DNA of 64,000 nt, taken from assembly GCA_963776245.1 (NCBI GenBank), contig CAVZLN010000004.1, forward strand, positions 96,001 to 160,000, given 5' to 3'. Shown here piece by piece: positions 1 to 10,943 of this stretch; the first letter of the stretch is position 1, and the number at the start of each line of letters is the position of its first letter. A program made the position numbers and the translations under genes. Source of the stretch: Candidatus Eiseniibacteriota bacterium. GTDB taxonomy: Bacteria > Eisenbacteria > RBG-16-71-46. Under the pieces are notes generated by a model. The model had not been told where the DNA came from. It worked only from the letters and a program-made list of their open reading frames with translations, and searched no databases.

Positions 1-857
1 TGCTGGCCCCGCGCATCAATGCCGCGGGCCGCATGGAGCGCCCGGAACAGGGCGTGATGCTGCTCCAGGCCCGCGATCGCCAGGAGGCGGCGGCGTGCGC
101 CGAGAGTCTCGAGGACGACAACCAGGAGCGCCGCCGGCTCGATGCGGACGTGCTCGAGGAGGCGGCCCAGCGCGTCGAGACCGAGCTCGGGTGGCCGGCC
201 TGCGCCTCCATCCTGTTGTGGTCCGACCGCTGGCACGCCGGGGTGATCGGCATCGTCGCGTCCCGGCTGGTGGACCGGTTCCGGCGCCCGACGTTGCTGG
301 TGCGGCTCGACGGGGAGCGCGGCCGGGGCTCGGGTCGCAGCCTCCCGGGCCTCGACCTCAACCGGGTGCTCACCGATTGCGGCGACCTGCTCGAGGGCTG
401 GGGCGGGCACGCGGTGGCCGCCGGTCTCACCGTGCGGCGCGAGCGCCTGCCGGAGCTGCGCGAGCGCTTCGAGCGCCTGGTGCGCGAGCGCGTCTCGCCG
501 GACGACTACGTCGCGCGCCACGTGATCGACGGCGACCTGACCTTCGCGGAGTGCGATCTCCCGCTGGTGGACTGGCTCGACCGCCTCTCGCCTCACGGGC
601 TCGGCAACCCCGAGCCGCTGTTCCGGGCCACCGGCGTGGAGGTGCGCGAGGCGACCGTGGTCGGGACCGGCAAGCACCTGCGCCTGAGGCTGAGTGACGG
701 CACCGGCGTCGCCGAGGCCATCGGCTTCGGGCTCGGCGGCATGGCCGAGGCGGTGCGCAAGCGCGGGATCTGCGACCTCGCGTTCGTGCCGACGCGCAAC
801 GAGTGGCTGAACCAGGTGCGGGTCCAGCTCAAGCTCAAGGACGTGCGGCTGCCGTGA
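1..857 (+). CDS. recJ: ssDNA-specific exonuclease RecJ, 5'-partial
   Basis: LAPRINAAGR, WHAGVIGIVASRL and GRGSGRS (DHHA1), plus PHGLGNPEP and a C-terminal OB-like segment; classic recJ-rel linkage. Confidence 0.93.
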   Translation, partial: LAPRINAAGRMERPEQGVMLLQARDRQEAAACAESLEDDNQERRRLDADVLEEAAQRVETELGWPACASILLWSDRWHAGVIGIVASRLVDRFRRPTLLVRLDGERGRGSGRSLPGLDLNRVLTDCGDLLEGWGGHAVAAGLTVRRERLPELRERFERLVRERVSPDDYVARHVIDGDLTFAECDLPLVDWLDRLSPHGLGNPEPLFRATGVEVREATVVGTGKHLRLRLSDGTGVAEAIGFGLGGMAEAVRKRGICDLAFVPTRNEWLNQVRVQLKLKDVRLP

Positions 858-3067
858 GCGGCACCGAGGGCGTCCCGCACCCCGAGCTCCGCGCGACCCT
901 CCTCGCGGCGATCGACGAGCGCGCCCCGCGTGTGGACCGCGACCGGATCGCGGCGGCGTTCGACTTCGCGTCGCACGCGCACGGCGACCAGCTGCGGGTC
1001 TCGGGCGAGCCGTTCATCACCCACCCGGTCGCAGTGTGCATGATCCTGCTCGACCTGTTCGAGGCGCGCCTGGACACCTCGCTCGGCGCCGCGGCGCTGC
1101 TCCACGACGTGGTGGAGGACACCGACGCCAGCGGTGAAGATGTCGAGAAGCGCTTCGGCAAGGAGATCGCGGGCCTGGTCGAAGGGGTGACCCGGCTGGC
1201 GGGCGTGCACTTCGACAGCCGCGAGGCCGAACAGGCGGAGAACTTCCGCCGCATGCTGCTGTCCATGTCGCGGGACCTGCGCGTCATCTTCATCAAGCTC
1301 GCCGACCGGCTCCACAACATGCGCACGCTCGACTCGCTCGACGACGCGCGGCGCGCGCGCATCGCGGCCGAGAGCCGGGACATCTACGCCGCGCTCGCGC
1401 ACCGGCTCGGCATGGCCGGCATCAAGCGCGAGCTCGAGGACCTGAGCCTCAAGGTGCTCGAGCCCGCGGCCTACCGGGACCTCGCGGCGCGGATCCAGGC
1501 CAAGCGCGAGGAGCGCGAGCGCTTCCTGGCGGGGGTGAAGGGGCGGCTCGAGGAGGGCCTGCGGGCGGCCGGGGTGCGGGCGGAGGTGGTGGGGCGCCCG
1601 AAGCACTTCTACTCGATCTTCAACAAGATGCATTCGGGCCGCGACTTCGAGACCATCTACGACCTGTTCGGGCTGCGCATCATCACCCACACGCGCAATG
1701 ACTGCTACCGCGCGCTGGGCGTGGCGCACGACCTGTTCACGCCGGTGGCCGAGCGCTTCAAGGACTACATCGCGACCCCCAAGAGCAACATGTACCAGTC
1801 GCTCCACACCACGGTGCTCACGCGGGACGGCGAGATGGTCGAGGTGCAGATCCGCACCCGCGACATGCACCGCGTGGCCGAGACCGGCATCGCCGCGCAC
1901 TACGTGTACAAGCAGGGCGTGCGCGTGGACGAGGAGCTGGACGCGAAGCTCGGCGGGTTCGTGACCCAGACCGCCGACTGGCAGCGCACCGCCAACGATG
2001 CCGAGTACATGGAGTTCCTGCGCACCGCGCTCTACCAGGAGGAGGTGTTCGTCTACACCCCGCGCCGGGAGCTCAAGCGCCTGCCGAAGGGCGCCACGCC
2101 GCTCGACTTCGCGTTCCTCATCCACACCCAGGTGGGCCAGCGCGCGGTGGGCGCGCGGGTGAATGACGAGCTGGTGCCGCTGCGCTACGAACTGCGCAAT
2201 GGCGACACGGTGGAGATCATCACCTCGTCGCAGGCCCAGCCGAGCGAGGACTGGCTCCAGATCGTGCGCACCACCGGCGCGCGCAGCAAGATCCGCGCGT
2301 GGCTGCGCCTGCGCCGCCATGCCGACAGCGTCTCGCTCGGCCGCGAGATGCTCGAGCGCGAGCTCAAGCGCGTGCACCTCAAGGACGACGACGAGGCGCT
2401 GGCCGAGATCGCGCGCGGGCTCGGCCTCGAGGACGTGGAGACGCTGCTCGCGCGGCTCGGCGAGGGCCAGCTCTCGCTCACCCAGGTCGTGCGCAAGCTG
2501 CAGCCGGCGAAGGAGGGCTTCGCCGAGCGCATGGCCAAGGGGCCGCTCGAGGCGCTCGGATTCACGCGCAAGGCCACCGGCGGGGTGCGCATCGCCGGGC
2601 TCGACAACGTGATGATCACGTTCCCCCGCTGCTGCCAGCCGGTGCCGGGCGATCGCGTGGTGGGCATCGTCACCCTCGGGCGCGGGGTGTCGGTGCACCG
2701 GGTGGACTGCCCCAACACGTTCTCCCCGCGGGTGCAGCCGGAACGCAAGGTGAGCGTGGAGTGGGACGCGCGCCTCGGCGAGACCTTCCCGGTGCGGCTG
2801 GTGGTGTACGGGCAGGACCGCCCGGCGCTGCTGGCGGACATCGCGAAGGCGATCGCCGCGGTGCCGGTGAACATCAAGCAGGCGGGCATGGCGAGCGAGG
2901 ACCGGACGGTGCGCGGGGTGTTCGTGGTGGAGGTCCCGCACCTCGCCCGGCTCCAGGAGGTCATCAACGCGGTGCGGCGCGTGCGCGGCGTGTCGCGCGT
3001 GGAGCGCCGCCAGCGCCTGGTGCGCGACCGCCCCGCGAGCCCGCCGCAGGCGGACGAGGACGCATGA
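854..3067 (+). CDS. rel: Bifunctional (p)ppGpp synthetase/hydrolase (long RSH)
   Basis: LLHDVVED hydrolase motif; GRPKHFYSI, RFKDYIATPKSNMYQSLHT, EVQIRT; TGS, CCQPVPGD and ACT regions; GTG overlaps recJ stop. Confidence 0.96.
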   Translation: MSGTEGVPHPELRATLLAAIDERAPRVDRDRIAAAFDFASHAHGDQLRVSGEPFITHPVAVCMILLDLFEARLDTSLGAAALLHDVVEDTDASGEDVEKRFGKEIAGLVEGVTRLAGVHFDSREAEQAENFRRMLLSMSRDLRVIFIKLADRLHNMRTLDSLDDARRARIAAESRDIYAALAHRLGMAGIKRELEDLSLKVLEPAAYRDLAARIQAKREERERFLAGVKGRLEEGLRAAGVRAEVVGRPKHFYSIFNKMHSGRDFETIYDLFGLRIITHTRNDCYRALGVAHDLFTPVAERFKDYIATPKSNMYQSLHTTVLTRDGEMVEVQIRTRDMHRVAETGIAAHYVYKQGVRVDEELDAKLGGFVTQTADWQRTANDAEYMEFLRTALYQEEVFVYTPRRELKRLPKGATPLDFAFLIHTQVGQRAVGARVNDELVPLRYELRNGDTVEIITSSQAQPSEDWLQIVRTTGARSKIRAWLRLRRHADSVSLGREMLERELKRVHLKDDDEALAEIARGLGLEDVETLLARLGEGQLSLTQVVRKLQPAKEGFAERMAKGPLEALGFTRKATGGVRIAGLDNVMITFPRCCQPVPGDRVVGIVTLGRGVSVHRVDCPNTFSPRVQPERKVSVEWDARLGETFPVRLVVYGQDRPALLADIAKAIAAVPVNIKQAGMASEDRTVRGVFVVEVPHLARLQEVINAVRRVRGVSRVERRQRLVRDRPASPPQADEDA

Positions 3068-3525
3068 GAGCGCTGGTCCAGCGCGTCGACGGGGCGCGCG
3101 TCACGGTGGGAGGGGAGGTGACCGGCGCGATCGGCCCGGGGCTGCTGGTGCTGCTCGGCGTCACCCACGGGGATGGCCCCGCGGACGCCGATCGGCTGGC
3201 GCAAAAGGTGGCCGGCCTGAGGGTGTTCGAGGCCGAGGAGGGGCGCCTCGATCGCGATGTGCGCGAGACCGGCGGGGGCGCGCTGGTGGTCCCGCAGTTC
3301 ACGCTCTACGGGGACACGCGCCGCGGCCGGCGGCCGGACTTCGCGCAGGCCGCCCGGCCCGAGCACGCGGAGCCGCTCTACGAGCGCTTCTGCGCCGCCC
3401 TCACGGCCGCGGGTGTGCCGGTCGCGCGCGGGGTGTTCCGCGCCCGGATGCGGGTCGAGCTGACCAACGACGGGCCGCTCACCCTGCTGGTCGAGAGCGA
3501 GCCGCGCGGCGGGGGGCCCGGATGA
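3064..3525 (+). CDS. dtd: D-aminoacyl-tRNA deacylase
   Basis: MRALVQRV, PQFTLYGD, GRRP, NDGP; ATGA overlap with rel. Confidence 0.95.
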   Translation: MRALVQRVDGARVTVGGEVTGAIGPGLLVLLGVTHGDGPADADRLAQKVAGLRVFEAEEGRLDRDVRETGGGALVVPQFTLYGDTRRGRRPDFAQAARPEHAEPLYERFCAALTAAGVPVARGVFRARMRVELTNDGPLTLLVESEPRGGGPG

Positions 3526-4118
3526 AGCGGTCCCGGGCGGCGAGCGTGTTCTACGGCGGGCATTCGCCGCTGGTGCTGGCGTCGGCGTCGCCGCGCCGCG
3601 TGGCGCTGCTCCGCCAGGTGGGCGCGATGTTCACCATCGTCGATCCCGGGCCCGACCGGCGCTGGCCCGGCGGGGCCGCGGCACGCCACGGCGTGCGGGC
3701 GCTGGCGCTCGACAAGGCGCGCCGGGTGGCGGGGCAGCGCCCCGGGTGCGTGGTGGTGGGCGCGGACACGGTGGTGATGGTGCGCGGAAGCCGGCTGGGG
3801 AAGCCCGAGACCGCCGAGCAGGCGGTCGAGATGCTCCGCCGCCTGCACGGGCGCACCCACGAGGTGTGGACCGGGATCGCGGTGGTGCGGGACGGCGAGC
3901 AGCGCACCGCGGCCGAGTGCACCCGGGTGCGCTTCGCCCGTCTCACCGAACCCGAACTGGCCGCGTACGTCGCCCTCGGGGAGTCGCTGGACAAGGCCGG
4001 GGCGTACGCCATCCAGGGCGCGGCCGCGCAGTTCGTGCGCGGCATCGAGGGGGACTTCTTCAACGTGGTGGGCCTGCCGCTGGCGCGCCTGAGGGCGGTG
4101 CTGCGGGAGTTCGCCTGA
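3522..4118 (+). CDS. maf: Maf-family nucleoside triphosphate pyrophosphatase
   Basis: LASASPRR, GADTVV, LGKP, DKAGAYAIQG, NVVGLP. Confidence 0.93.
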   Translation: MKRSRAASVFYGGHSPLVLASASPRRVALLRQVGAMFTIVDPGPDRRWPGGAAARHGVRALALDKARRVAGQRPGCVVVGADTVVMVRGSRLGKPETAEQAVEMLRRLHGRTHEVWTGIAVVRDGEQRTAAECTRVRFARLTEPELAAYVALGESLDKAGAYAIQGAAAQFVRGIEGDFFNVVGLPLARLRAVLREFA

Positions 4119-4123
4119 GGCGC

Positions 4124-4145
4124 CCGGGGCCCGGCGGGGCCCCGG
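4124..4145 (+). terminator. GC hairpin after maf, possible terminator or stabiliser
   Basis: CCGGGGCCC-ggcg-GGGCCCCGG, 9-bp perfect stem; no U-tract. Confidence 0.35.
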
Positions 4146-4161
4146 CCGGCGAGCGGGAACC

Positions 4162-4191
4162 TTGACAGCCCTTCGGGCAAATGGCTAGTCT
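4162..4191 (+). promoter_or_regulatory. sigma70-type promoter for rplM-rpsI
   Basis: TTGACA-N18-TAGTCT. Confidence 0.75.
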
Positions 4192-4205
4192 CCAGCGTTT
4201 GTGAT

Positions 4206-4275
4206 GGATAGCGACGGCATCCCGGACGGTCCGGCGCGGGGGTTCCCCGCGTCCGGCGTGGGGTGACCGTCATCC
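4206..4275 (+). promoter_or_regulatory. Structured 5' leader of rplM, candidate autoregulatory RNA
   Basis: Nested complementary blocks GGAT/ATCC, GACGG/CCGTC, CATCCC/GGGGTG, CGCGGGG/CCCCGCG. Confidence 0.4.
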
Positions 4276-4296
4276 CGTGTGCAGACGGAGGAAGGC

Positions 4297-4728
4297 ATGA
4301 AGAGCTATACGGCCCGCCCGGACGACATCCACCGCGAATGGCTGGTGGTGAACGCCGAGGGCAAGACGCTCGGGCGGCTCGCGACGCAGGTCTCCAGCGT
4401 GTTGCGGGGCAAACACAAGCCGATCTACACCCCGAGCATGGACACCGGCGACCACGTCGTGGTGATCAACGCGGAGAAAGTGGCGCTCACCGGGCGCAAG
4501 CTCGAGGACCGGCGCATCTTCAGCCACAGCATGTACCCGGGCGGCATCAGCTGGACCAAGCTCACCGAGGTCATGGCGAAGCATCCCGAGCGCATCATCG
4601 AGCGCGCGGTGCGTGGCATGATGCCGAAGACCAAGCTCGGACGGGCGATGATGAAGAAGCTCAAGGTGTACGCGGGCGCGGAGCACCCGCACGCGGCGCA
4701 GCAGCCGCGCGCGTGGGATCCGGCGTGA
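4297..4728 (+). CDS. rplM: 50S ribosomal protein L13
   Basis: [46 protein letters not shown]. Confidence 0.98.
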   Translation: MKSYTARPDDIHREWLVVNAEGKTLGRLATQVSSVLRGKHKPIYTPSMDTGDHVVVINAEKVALTGRKLEDRRIFSHSMYPGGISWTKLTEVMAKHPERIIERAVRGMMPKTKLGRAMMKKLKVYAGAEHPHAAQQPRAWDPA

Positions 4729-4748
4729 CCCCACAGCGCGAGGAGACG

Positions 4749-5147
4749 ATGGCGACCGAGACCCTGAACAAGCCGCGCACCGGCCGCCGGAAGGAGTCCG
4801 TGGCGCGCGTGCGCCTGGTCCCCGGCACCGGCAAGCACATGATCAACGCCCGCACCCCGTTGGACTACCTGAAGCGCGAGACGCTGGTGACCGCCGCGTA
4901 TCACGCGCTCACGGTGACCAACACCGCGGGCAAGTACAGCGTCGTCGCGCTCTGTCACGGCGGCGGGCTCACCGGCCAGGCGGGCGCGCTGCGCCAGGCC
5001 ATCGCACGCGCGCTCGTGACGTCGGACGAGTCGCTGCGTCCGCTGCTGGGCCGCGAGGGCCTGCTGACCCGGGACTCGCGCATGAAGGAGCGGAAGAAGT
5101 ACGGACAGCCGGGGGCTCGCAAGCGCTTCCAGTTCAGCAAGCGCTAG
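4749..5147 (+). CDS. rpsI: 30S ribosomal protein S9
   Basis: TGRRKESVARV, GGGLTGQAGA, ERKKYGQPGARKRFQFSKR. Confidence 0.98.
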   Translation: MATETLNKPRTGRRKESVARVRLVPGTGKHMINARTPLDYLKRETLVTAAYHALTVTNTAGKYSVVALCHGGGLTGQAGALRQAIARALVTSDESLRPLLGREGLLTRDSRMKERKKYGQPGARKRFQFSKR

Positions 5148-5204
5148 CCGGCGGCGGGTCGCTCCCGGGTGCTGCTCGGGGAGCCGGACATCTGAGGCAA
5201 CACC

Positions 5205-5293
5205 ACTACACACGTCCCGGCCGCGCGCCGGGGTCCCCGCGGATCCTCGCGGGGTGTGGCGCGCACCCAGGTCCGGGGCGGAGGCGGAACCCT
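5205..5293 (+). promoter_or_regulatory. rpsB (S2) leader, cis-regulatory RNA
   Basis: ACACACGT...CCGGGGT...GGAGGC...AACCC arrangement resembles the known rpsB leader, with an internal hairpin CCCCGCG/CGCGGGG. Confidence 0.6.
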
Positions 5294-5306
5294 GAAGGGA
5301 GGAGTC

Positions 5307-6077
5307 GTGTCGGACATCAGCATGAAGGACCTGCTCGAAGCGGGAGTGCACTTCGGGCACCAGACGCGCCGCTGGAACCCGCAGATGAAGAAGTTCATCT
5401 TCATGGAGCGGAACGGCATCTACATCATCGACCTCCAGCGCACGCTGAAGTGTCTCCAGGAGGCGAACAACGCCATCGACCGCGTGGTGCGCGCCGGCGG
5501 CCACGTCCTGTTCGTCGGCACCAAGAAGCAGGCGAAGCCGATCATCCTCGAGGAATCCAAGCGCGCCAGCCAGTTCTACGTGACCGAGCGCTGGCTCGGG
5601 GGCATGCTCACCAACTTCCGCACCATCAAGGCGAGCATCACCCGGCTCAAGGAACTCGACCGGATGGCGGCGGACGGCACCTTCGAGAAGCTCTCGAAGA
5701 AGGAGGTCTCGCGCCTCTCGCGTGAGCGCGAGCGCCTCGAGTTCGCCTTCTCGGGCATCAAGGAGATGCCGGGCCTCCCTTCGATCCTGTTCGTGGTGGA
5801 CACCAAGAAGGAGAAGATCGCGGTCGCCGAGGCCAACCGGCTGGGGATCCCGATCGTCGGCGTGGTGGACACCAACTGCGATCCGACCGTGATCGACTAC
5901 CCGATCCCGGGCAACGACGACGCGCTCCGCGCCATCCGGCTGTTCACGCATCACGCCGCGGACACCATCCTCGCGGGCCGCGCGGCCGCGCGGGACGGCT
6001 CGGGCCAGGAGACGGTGTCGTTCGGCGGCGAGGAGACCGAGGCCGAGGGCACGGCGACGGTGCCGACCACCGCCTGA
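5307..6077 (+). CDS. rpsB: 30S ribosomal protein S2
   Basis: [34 protein letters not shown]. Confidence 0.98.
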   Translation: MSDISMKDLLEAGVHFGHQTRRWNPQMKKFIFMERNGIYIIDLQRTLKCLQEANNAIDRVVRAGGHVLFVGTKKQAKPIILEESKRASQFYVTERWLGGMLTNFRTIKASITRLKELDRMAADGTFEKLSKKEVSRLSRERERLEFAFSGIKEMPGLPSILFVVDTKKEKIAVAEANRLGIPIVGVVDTNCDPTVIDYPIPGNDDALRAIRLFTHHAADTILAGRAAARDGSGQETVSFGGEETEAEGTATVPTTA

Positions 6078-6099
6078 TCACCGCTGCACACGAACCTTT

Positions 6100-6135
6100 C
6101 GGCGCCCGCCCGTGGTCCCACGCGGGCGGGCGCCG
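6100..6135 (+). promoter_or_regulatory. Intercistronic hairpin between rpsB and tsf
   Basis: CGGCGCCCGCCCG pairs with CGGGCGGGCGCCG (13 bp). Confidence 0.5.
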
Positions 6136-6163
6136 CGACGCATAGACGAGGAGCCGAGACGCG

Positions 6164-6760
6164 ATGACGATCACTGCCGATCAGGTGAAGCAGCTCCGGG
6201 AGCGCACCGGAGTGGGGATGATGGAGTGCAAGAAGGCGCTGACCGAGAGCGGGGGCGACTTCGAGAAGGCCGTGGACGCGCTGCGCCGGGCCGGGGCGGC
6301 CAAGGCCGAGAAGCGCGCCGAGCGCGGCGCGAGCGAAGGCCTCGTCGAGGCGTACATCCACCCGGGCAACCGCGTGGGCGTGCTCATCGAGGTGAACTGC
6401 GAGACCGATTTCGTCGCCCGCACCGCGGAGTTCGCGGCGCTGGTCCGCAACCTCGCGATGCAGGCCGCCGCCGCGGGCGCGGACTACGTGCGCCGCGACG
6501 AGGTGCCCGCCGAGCGCCTCGAGCGCGAGAAAGCGATCTACCGCGCGCAGCTCGAGGACCAGAAGAAGCCCGCCGCGATCCTCGACAAGATCGTCGAAGG
6601 CAAGGTGGACAAGTACTTCTCGGAGGTCTGCCTGCTCGATCAGCCGTACATCAAGGACGACAAGGTCAAGGTGGCGGACCTGGTGAAGGAGGCGATCGCG
6701 AAGACCGGCGAGAACATCGTGGTGCGCCGCTTCGCGCGCTTCCGGCTCGGCCAGGAGTAG
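6164..6760 (+). CDS. tsf: Elongation factor Ts (short form)
   Basis: LRERTGVGMMECKKAL, EVNCETDFVA, GENIVVRRFARF. Confidence 0.98.
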   Translation: MTITADQVKQLRERTGVGMMECKKALTESGGDFEKAVDALRRAGAAKAEKRAERGASEGLVEAYIHPGNRVGVLIEVNCETDFVARTAEFAALVRNLAMQAAAAGADYVRRDEVPAERLEREKAIYRAQLEDQKKPAAILDKIVEGKVDKYFSEVCLLDQPYIKDDKVKVADLVKEAIAKTGENIVVRRFARFRLGQE

Positions 6761-6766
6761 CCGGTC

Positions 6767-7480
<714 letters not shown>

Positions 7481-7484
7481 AGAC

Positions 7485-8045
7485 ATGGTCGTGAACAAGA
7501 TCCTGTACGACACCGAAGAGCGCATGAAGAAGCAGATCGAGGCGGTCCGTCGGGAGCTCGCCGGGATCCGTACCGGCAAGGCATCGCCGAGCCTGCTCGA
7601 CACGGTCAAGGTGGAGGCCTACGGCACGCCCACCCCGCTCAACCAGCTGGGTTCGGTGACCGCGCCGGAGCCGCGGCTGCTGGTGGTGCAGCCCTGGGAC
7701 AAGGGCCTCATCAAGGCGATCACGCGCGCCCTCCAGCAGTCCGACCTCGGGCTCAATCCGACCGACGACGGCAGCGTGGTCCGGGTCCCGATCCCTTCGA
7801 TGACGGAGGAGCGGCGGCGGGACATCGTCAAGGTGATCGCGAAGCTGGCGGAAGAGGGGCGGGTCCACGTGCGCCAGGTGCGGCACGACGTGAACAAGGA
7901 CATCAAGCACCAGGAGACCGAAGGCGTCATCGCGCAGGACGAGTCCAAGCGGCTGGTCGCCGAGGTCCAGAAGCTCACCGACCGCTCCGTCGAGCAGATC
8001 GACGAGCTGCTGAAGAAGAAGACCGCCGAGGTCATGGAAGTCTGA
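7485..8045 (+). CDS. frr: Ribosome recycling factor
   Basis: IRTGKASPSLLD, DLGLNP, TEERR; alternative in-frame GTG at 7491. Confidence 0.97.
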   Translation: MVVNKILYDTEERMKKQIEAVRRELAGIRTGKASPSLLDTVKVEAYGTPTPLNQLGSVTAPEPRLLVVQPWDKGLIKAITRALQQSDLGLNPTDDGSVVRVPIPSMTEERRRDIVKVIAKLAEEGRVHVRQVRHDVNKDIKHQETEGVIAQDESKRLVAEVQKLTDRSVEQIDELLKKKTAEVMEV

Positions 8046-8098
8046 CCCTCCGGTCGTCCTGGTCCGCCGTCCCGCCCCGGGCGGCACAGGGAGGAGCG

Positions 8099-8842
8099 TT
8101 GCCGGCCCGAACACCGTCGCTCGAGGAGTTGCAGCGCCGTGGCAACCTGCCGCGGCACGTCGCCATCATCATGGACGGGAACGGACGCTGGGCGAAGGCC
8201 CGCGGCGTCCCGCGCCTGATGGGGCACCGGGCCGGCCGGGAGTCCGTGCGCGAGGTGGTGAAGGGCTGCGTGGCCCTGAAGGTCGAGGTGCTCACGCTCT
8301 ACACGTTCTCGATCGAGAACTGGAACCGCCCCGCCACCGAGGTCCGCGCGCTGATGGCGATCCTGCGCCAGACGCTGCGCGAGGAGCGCGCGGACCTGAA
8401 GCGCCAGAACGTGCGCTTGCAGGTGGTCGGCCGCACCGCCGACCTGCCGGCGTCGGTGCGCAAGGCGATCGCCGAGACCCAGGGATTCCTCGCGTCGTGC
8501 GACGGGATGCTGCTCAACCTGGCGCTCTCCTACAGCGGCCGCGCCGAGATGACCGACGCGGTGCGGCGCATCCTGGCCGACGCGGCCGACGAGCCGATGG
8601 ATCCCCAGCGGATCGACGAGGAGTTCGTCGAGTCCTATCTCTACACCGCCGGGCTGCCCGACCCCGACCTGCTCATCCGCACCAGCGGCGAGATGCGGCT
8701 CTCGAACTTCATGCTGTGGCAGATGGCGTACAGCGAGCTGTGGATCACCGATACCCTGTGGCCCGACTTCCGCCGCGAGCACCTCTACCGCGCGATCGCG
8801 GATTTCCAGGGCCGCGAGCGGCGCTTCGGGCGGGTGGATTGA
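8099..8842 (+). CDS. uppS: Undecaprenyl diphosphate synthase
   Basis: HVAIIMDGNGRWA, FSIENWNRP, DLLIRTSGEMRLSNF; TTG start after GGAGGAG. Confidence 0.97.
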   Translation: MPARTPSLEELQRRGNLPRHVAIIMDGNGRWAKARGVPRLMGHRAGRESVREVVKGCVALKVEVLTLYTFSIENWNRPATEVRALMAILRQTLREERADLKRQNVRLQVVGRTADLPASVRKAIAETQGFLASCDGMLLNLALSYSGRAEMTDAVRRILADAADEPMDPQRIDEEFVESYLYTAGLPDPDLLIRTSGEMRLSNFMLWQMAYSELWITDTLWPDFRREHLYRAIADFQGRERRFGRVD

Positions 8843-9720
8843 GCGCGGGACCGCCCGCGGCGGCGATCCCGCCGGCCAAGTCCTCGTCGTGGTCCCTCCG
8901 GCTGCGGGTGGTGACCGGCGTGCTGTTCGTGCCGCTGCTGGTGCTGATGGCGCGCGCCGGCGGGCTGGTGTGGTGGAGCCTCGTCGCCCTCCAGGTCACG
9001 GTCGGGCTCGCCGAGTTCTGGGGGATGATGCGGCGCAAGGGCCTGGCGCCCTACCGCCTGCTCGGCCACCTCGCCGGGATCGGGACGCTGTGGTGGACGT
9101 TCCGGCCGCACTGGCCGCACCTGGACTTCCTGGTCACCGCGGTGGTCCTGCTCACCCTCGCCTTCGAGCTGAGAAGGCCCGAGCAGCGCCAGCGCGTCGA
9201 GAACATGGCGGTGACGCTGTTCGGCGTGCTCTACGTGGGCTGGCTATCCGCGCATCTCGTCATGCTGCGCGAACTGCCGTGGCGCGCCGGCACCGACTAC
9301 GCCGATGGCGCGCGTTACGTGCTGCTGGCGTTCTTCGTGACGTGGTCGTGCGATACCGGGGCGTACGCCTTCGGTCGCCTGTTCGGGCGCGTCAGGCCGT
9401 GGGCCGCGATCTCGCCCCGCAAGTCGGTGGAGGGTGCGGCCGGTGGCCTGGCCATGGCGGTGGTGGCCGCGTGGGTGGCGCGGGCGTGGTTCGCGCCCTT
9501 CCTGTCCCTCGGCGACGCCATCGCGGTCGGGTTGCTGGCCGGCGTGTTCGGACAGGTCGGCGACTTCGTCGAATCGCTGCTCAAGCGGGATTCGCGCGAG
9601 GGCGACTCGTCCCAGTTCATCCCCGGACACGGTGGCGTGCTCGATCGGTTCGACAGCCTCTACTTCGCCGCGCCCGTGATCTTCTACTACCTCAAGGTCG
9701 CGGTCTTCCAGGTCCCGTGA
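8839..9720 (+). CDS. cdsA: Phosphatidate cytidylyltransferase
   Basis: Multi-TM; DTGAY, ISPRKSVEG, GDFVESLLKR, IPGHGGVLDRFDS; TTG overlapping uppS stop. Confidence 0.95.
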   Translation: MSAGPPAAAIPPAKSSSWSLRLRVVTGVLFVPLLVLMARAGGLVWWSLVALQVTVGLAEFWGMMRRKGLAPYRLLGHLAGIGTLWWTFRPHWPHLDFLVTAVVLLTLAFELRRPEQRQRVENMAVTLFGVLYVGWLSAHLVMLRELPWRAGTDYADGARYVLLAFFVTWSCDTGAYAFGRLFGRVRPWAAISPRKSVEGAAGGLAMAVVAAWVARAWFAPFLSLGDAIAVGLLAGVFGQVGDFVESLLKRDSREGDSSQFIPGHGGVLDRFDSLYFAAPVIFYYLKVAVFQVP

Positions 9721-9730
9721 GCGCGCGAGC

Positions 9731-10888
9731 GTGACGATGATGCGGATCGCCGTGCTGGGCTCCACCGGTTCGATCGGCGTCCAGACGCTGGATGTCGCGG
9801 CGCGCGAGGCGGGGCGCCTGCGGGTGACCGGGCTGGGGACCGGCCATCGACTCGAGTCCCTGGTCGAGCAGACGCGGCGCTGGCAGCCCGAGGCGGTGGC
9901 GCTCGAATCGGCCTCCGATCCGGCGTCGGCGCGCACGGCGTTGCGCGCGGCCGCGCCGGGCGCCGAGGTCCGCGTCGGGGCCGGGGCGTGCGCGTGGCTC
10001 GCCGCCCACGCGTGCGCGGATGCGGTGGTGAACGGCATTGTGGGCGCGGCGGGGCTGGCGCCGTCCCTCGCGGCGCTCGGCGCCGGCCGGCGCCTGGCGC
10101 TCGCCAACAAGGAGTCGCTGGTGATCGGGGGCGCGCTGATCGAAGCGGCGCGCGCGCGCGGAGGCGGATCGCTGGTGCCGGTGGACAGCGAGCACAGCGC
10201 GGCGCTCCAGTGTCTCGGCGGCCGTCCGGCGGAGGAGGTCGAGTGCCTCACGCTGACCGCCTCCGGCGGTCCGCTGCGCCGCCACCCCGACTGGCGCGCG
10301 GCGACGCGCGCGGAGGCGCTGGCGCACCCGGTGTGGAGCATGGGGCCGCGCATCACGGTGGACTCGGCGCTGCTCTTCAACAAGGGACTCGAGCTGATCG
10401 AGGCGCACTGGCTGTTCGGCCTGCCCTGGGAGCGGCTCGACGCGGTCATCCATCCCCAGGCGGTGGTGCACGCGCTGGTGTCGTTCCGGGACGGCTCGAC
10501 GCTGATGCAGGCCGCGCACGCCGACATGCGGCTGCCGATCCAGCTCGCGCTCTCATGGCCCGAGCGCTGGGGCGAGTCGGTGCGCCCACTCGAGGTCGGG
10601 GCGCTCGCGGGGCTCGCGTTCGACCCCATCGAGCCCGGCGCGTTCCCGGCGTTCGAGCTCGCGCGGGCGGCCGGGCGCGCCGGCGGCACCGCGCCGTGCG
10701 CGCTGAACGCCGCGGACGAGGTGGCGGTGAACGCGTTCCTCGAGGGCGCGATCGCGCTCGGACGCGTCCCGGAGGTCGTGGCCGAGGTGATGGAGGCGCA
10801 CGCGAGCGCCCCGGTCGAGTCGCTCGAGCAGCTGGGGCAGGTCGACGCGTGGGCGCGCGCGGCCGCGCGCGCGCAGGTGACGCGGTGA
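9731..10888 (+). CDS. dxr: 1-deoxy-D-xylulose-5-phosphate reductoisomerase
   Basis: LGSTGSIG, LANKESLV, VDSEHSA, TASGGP, HPVWSMG, NKGLE. Confidence 0.97.
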   Translation: MTMMRIAVLGSTGSIGVQTLDVAAREAGRLRVTGLGTGHRLESLVEQTRRWQPEAVALESASDPASARTALRAAAPGAEVRVGAGACAWLAAHACADAVVNGIVGAAGLAPSLAALGAGRRLALANKESLVIGGALIEAARARGGGSLVPVDSEHSAALQCLGGRPAEEVECLTLTASGGPLRRHPDWRAATRAEALAHPVWSMGPRITVDSALLFNKGLELIEAHWLFGLPWERLDAVIHPQAVVHALVSFRDGSTLMQAAHADMRLPIQLALSWPERWGESVRPLEVGALAGLAFDPIEPGAFPAFELARAAGRAGGTAPCALNAADEVAVNAFLEGAIALGRVPEVVAEVMEAHASAPVESLEQLGQVDAWARAAARAQVTR

Positions 10889-10943
10889 GCGGGCCCGCGG
10901 TCGTTCGCGCCGTTCCGCGCGTCGTCCGCGCGAGGCGGGTAGA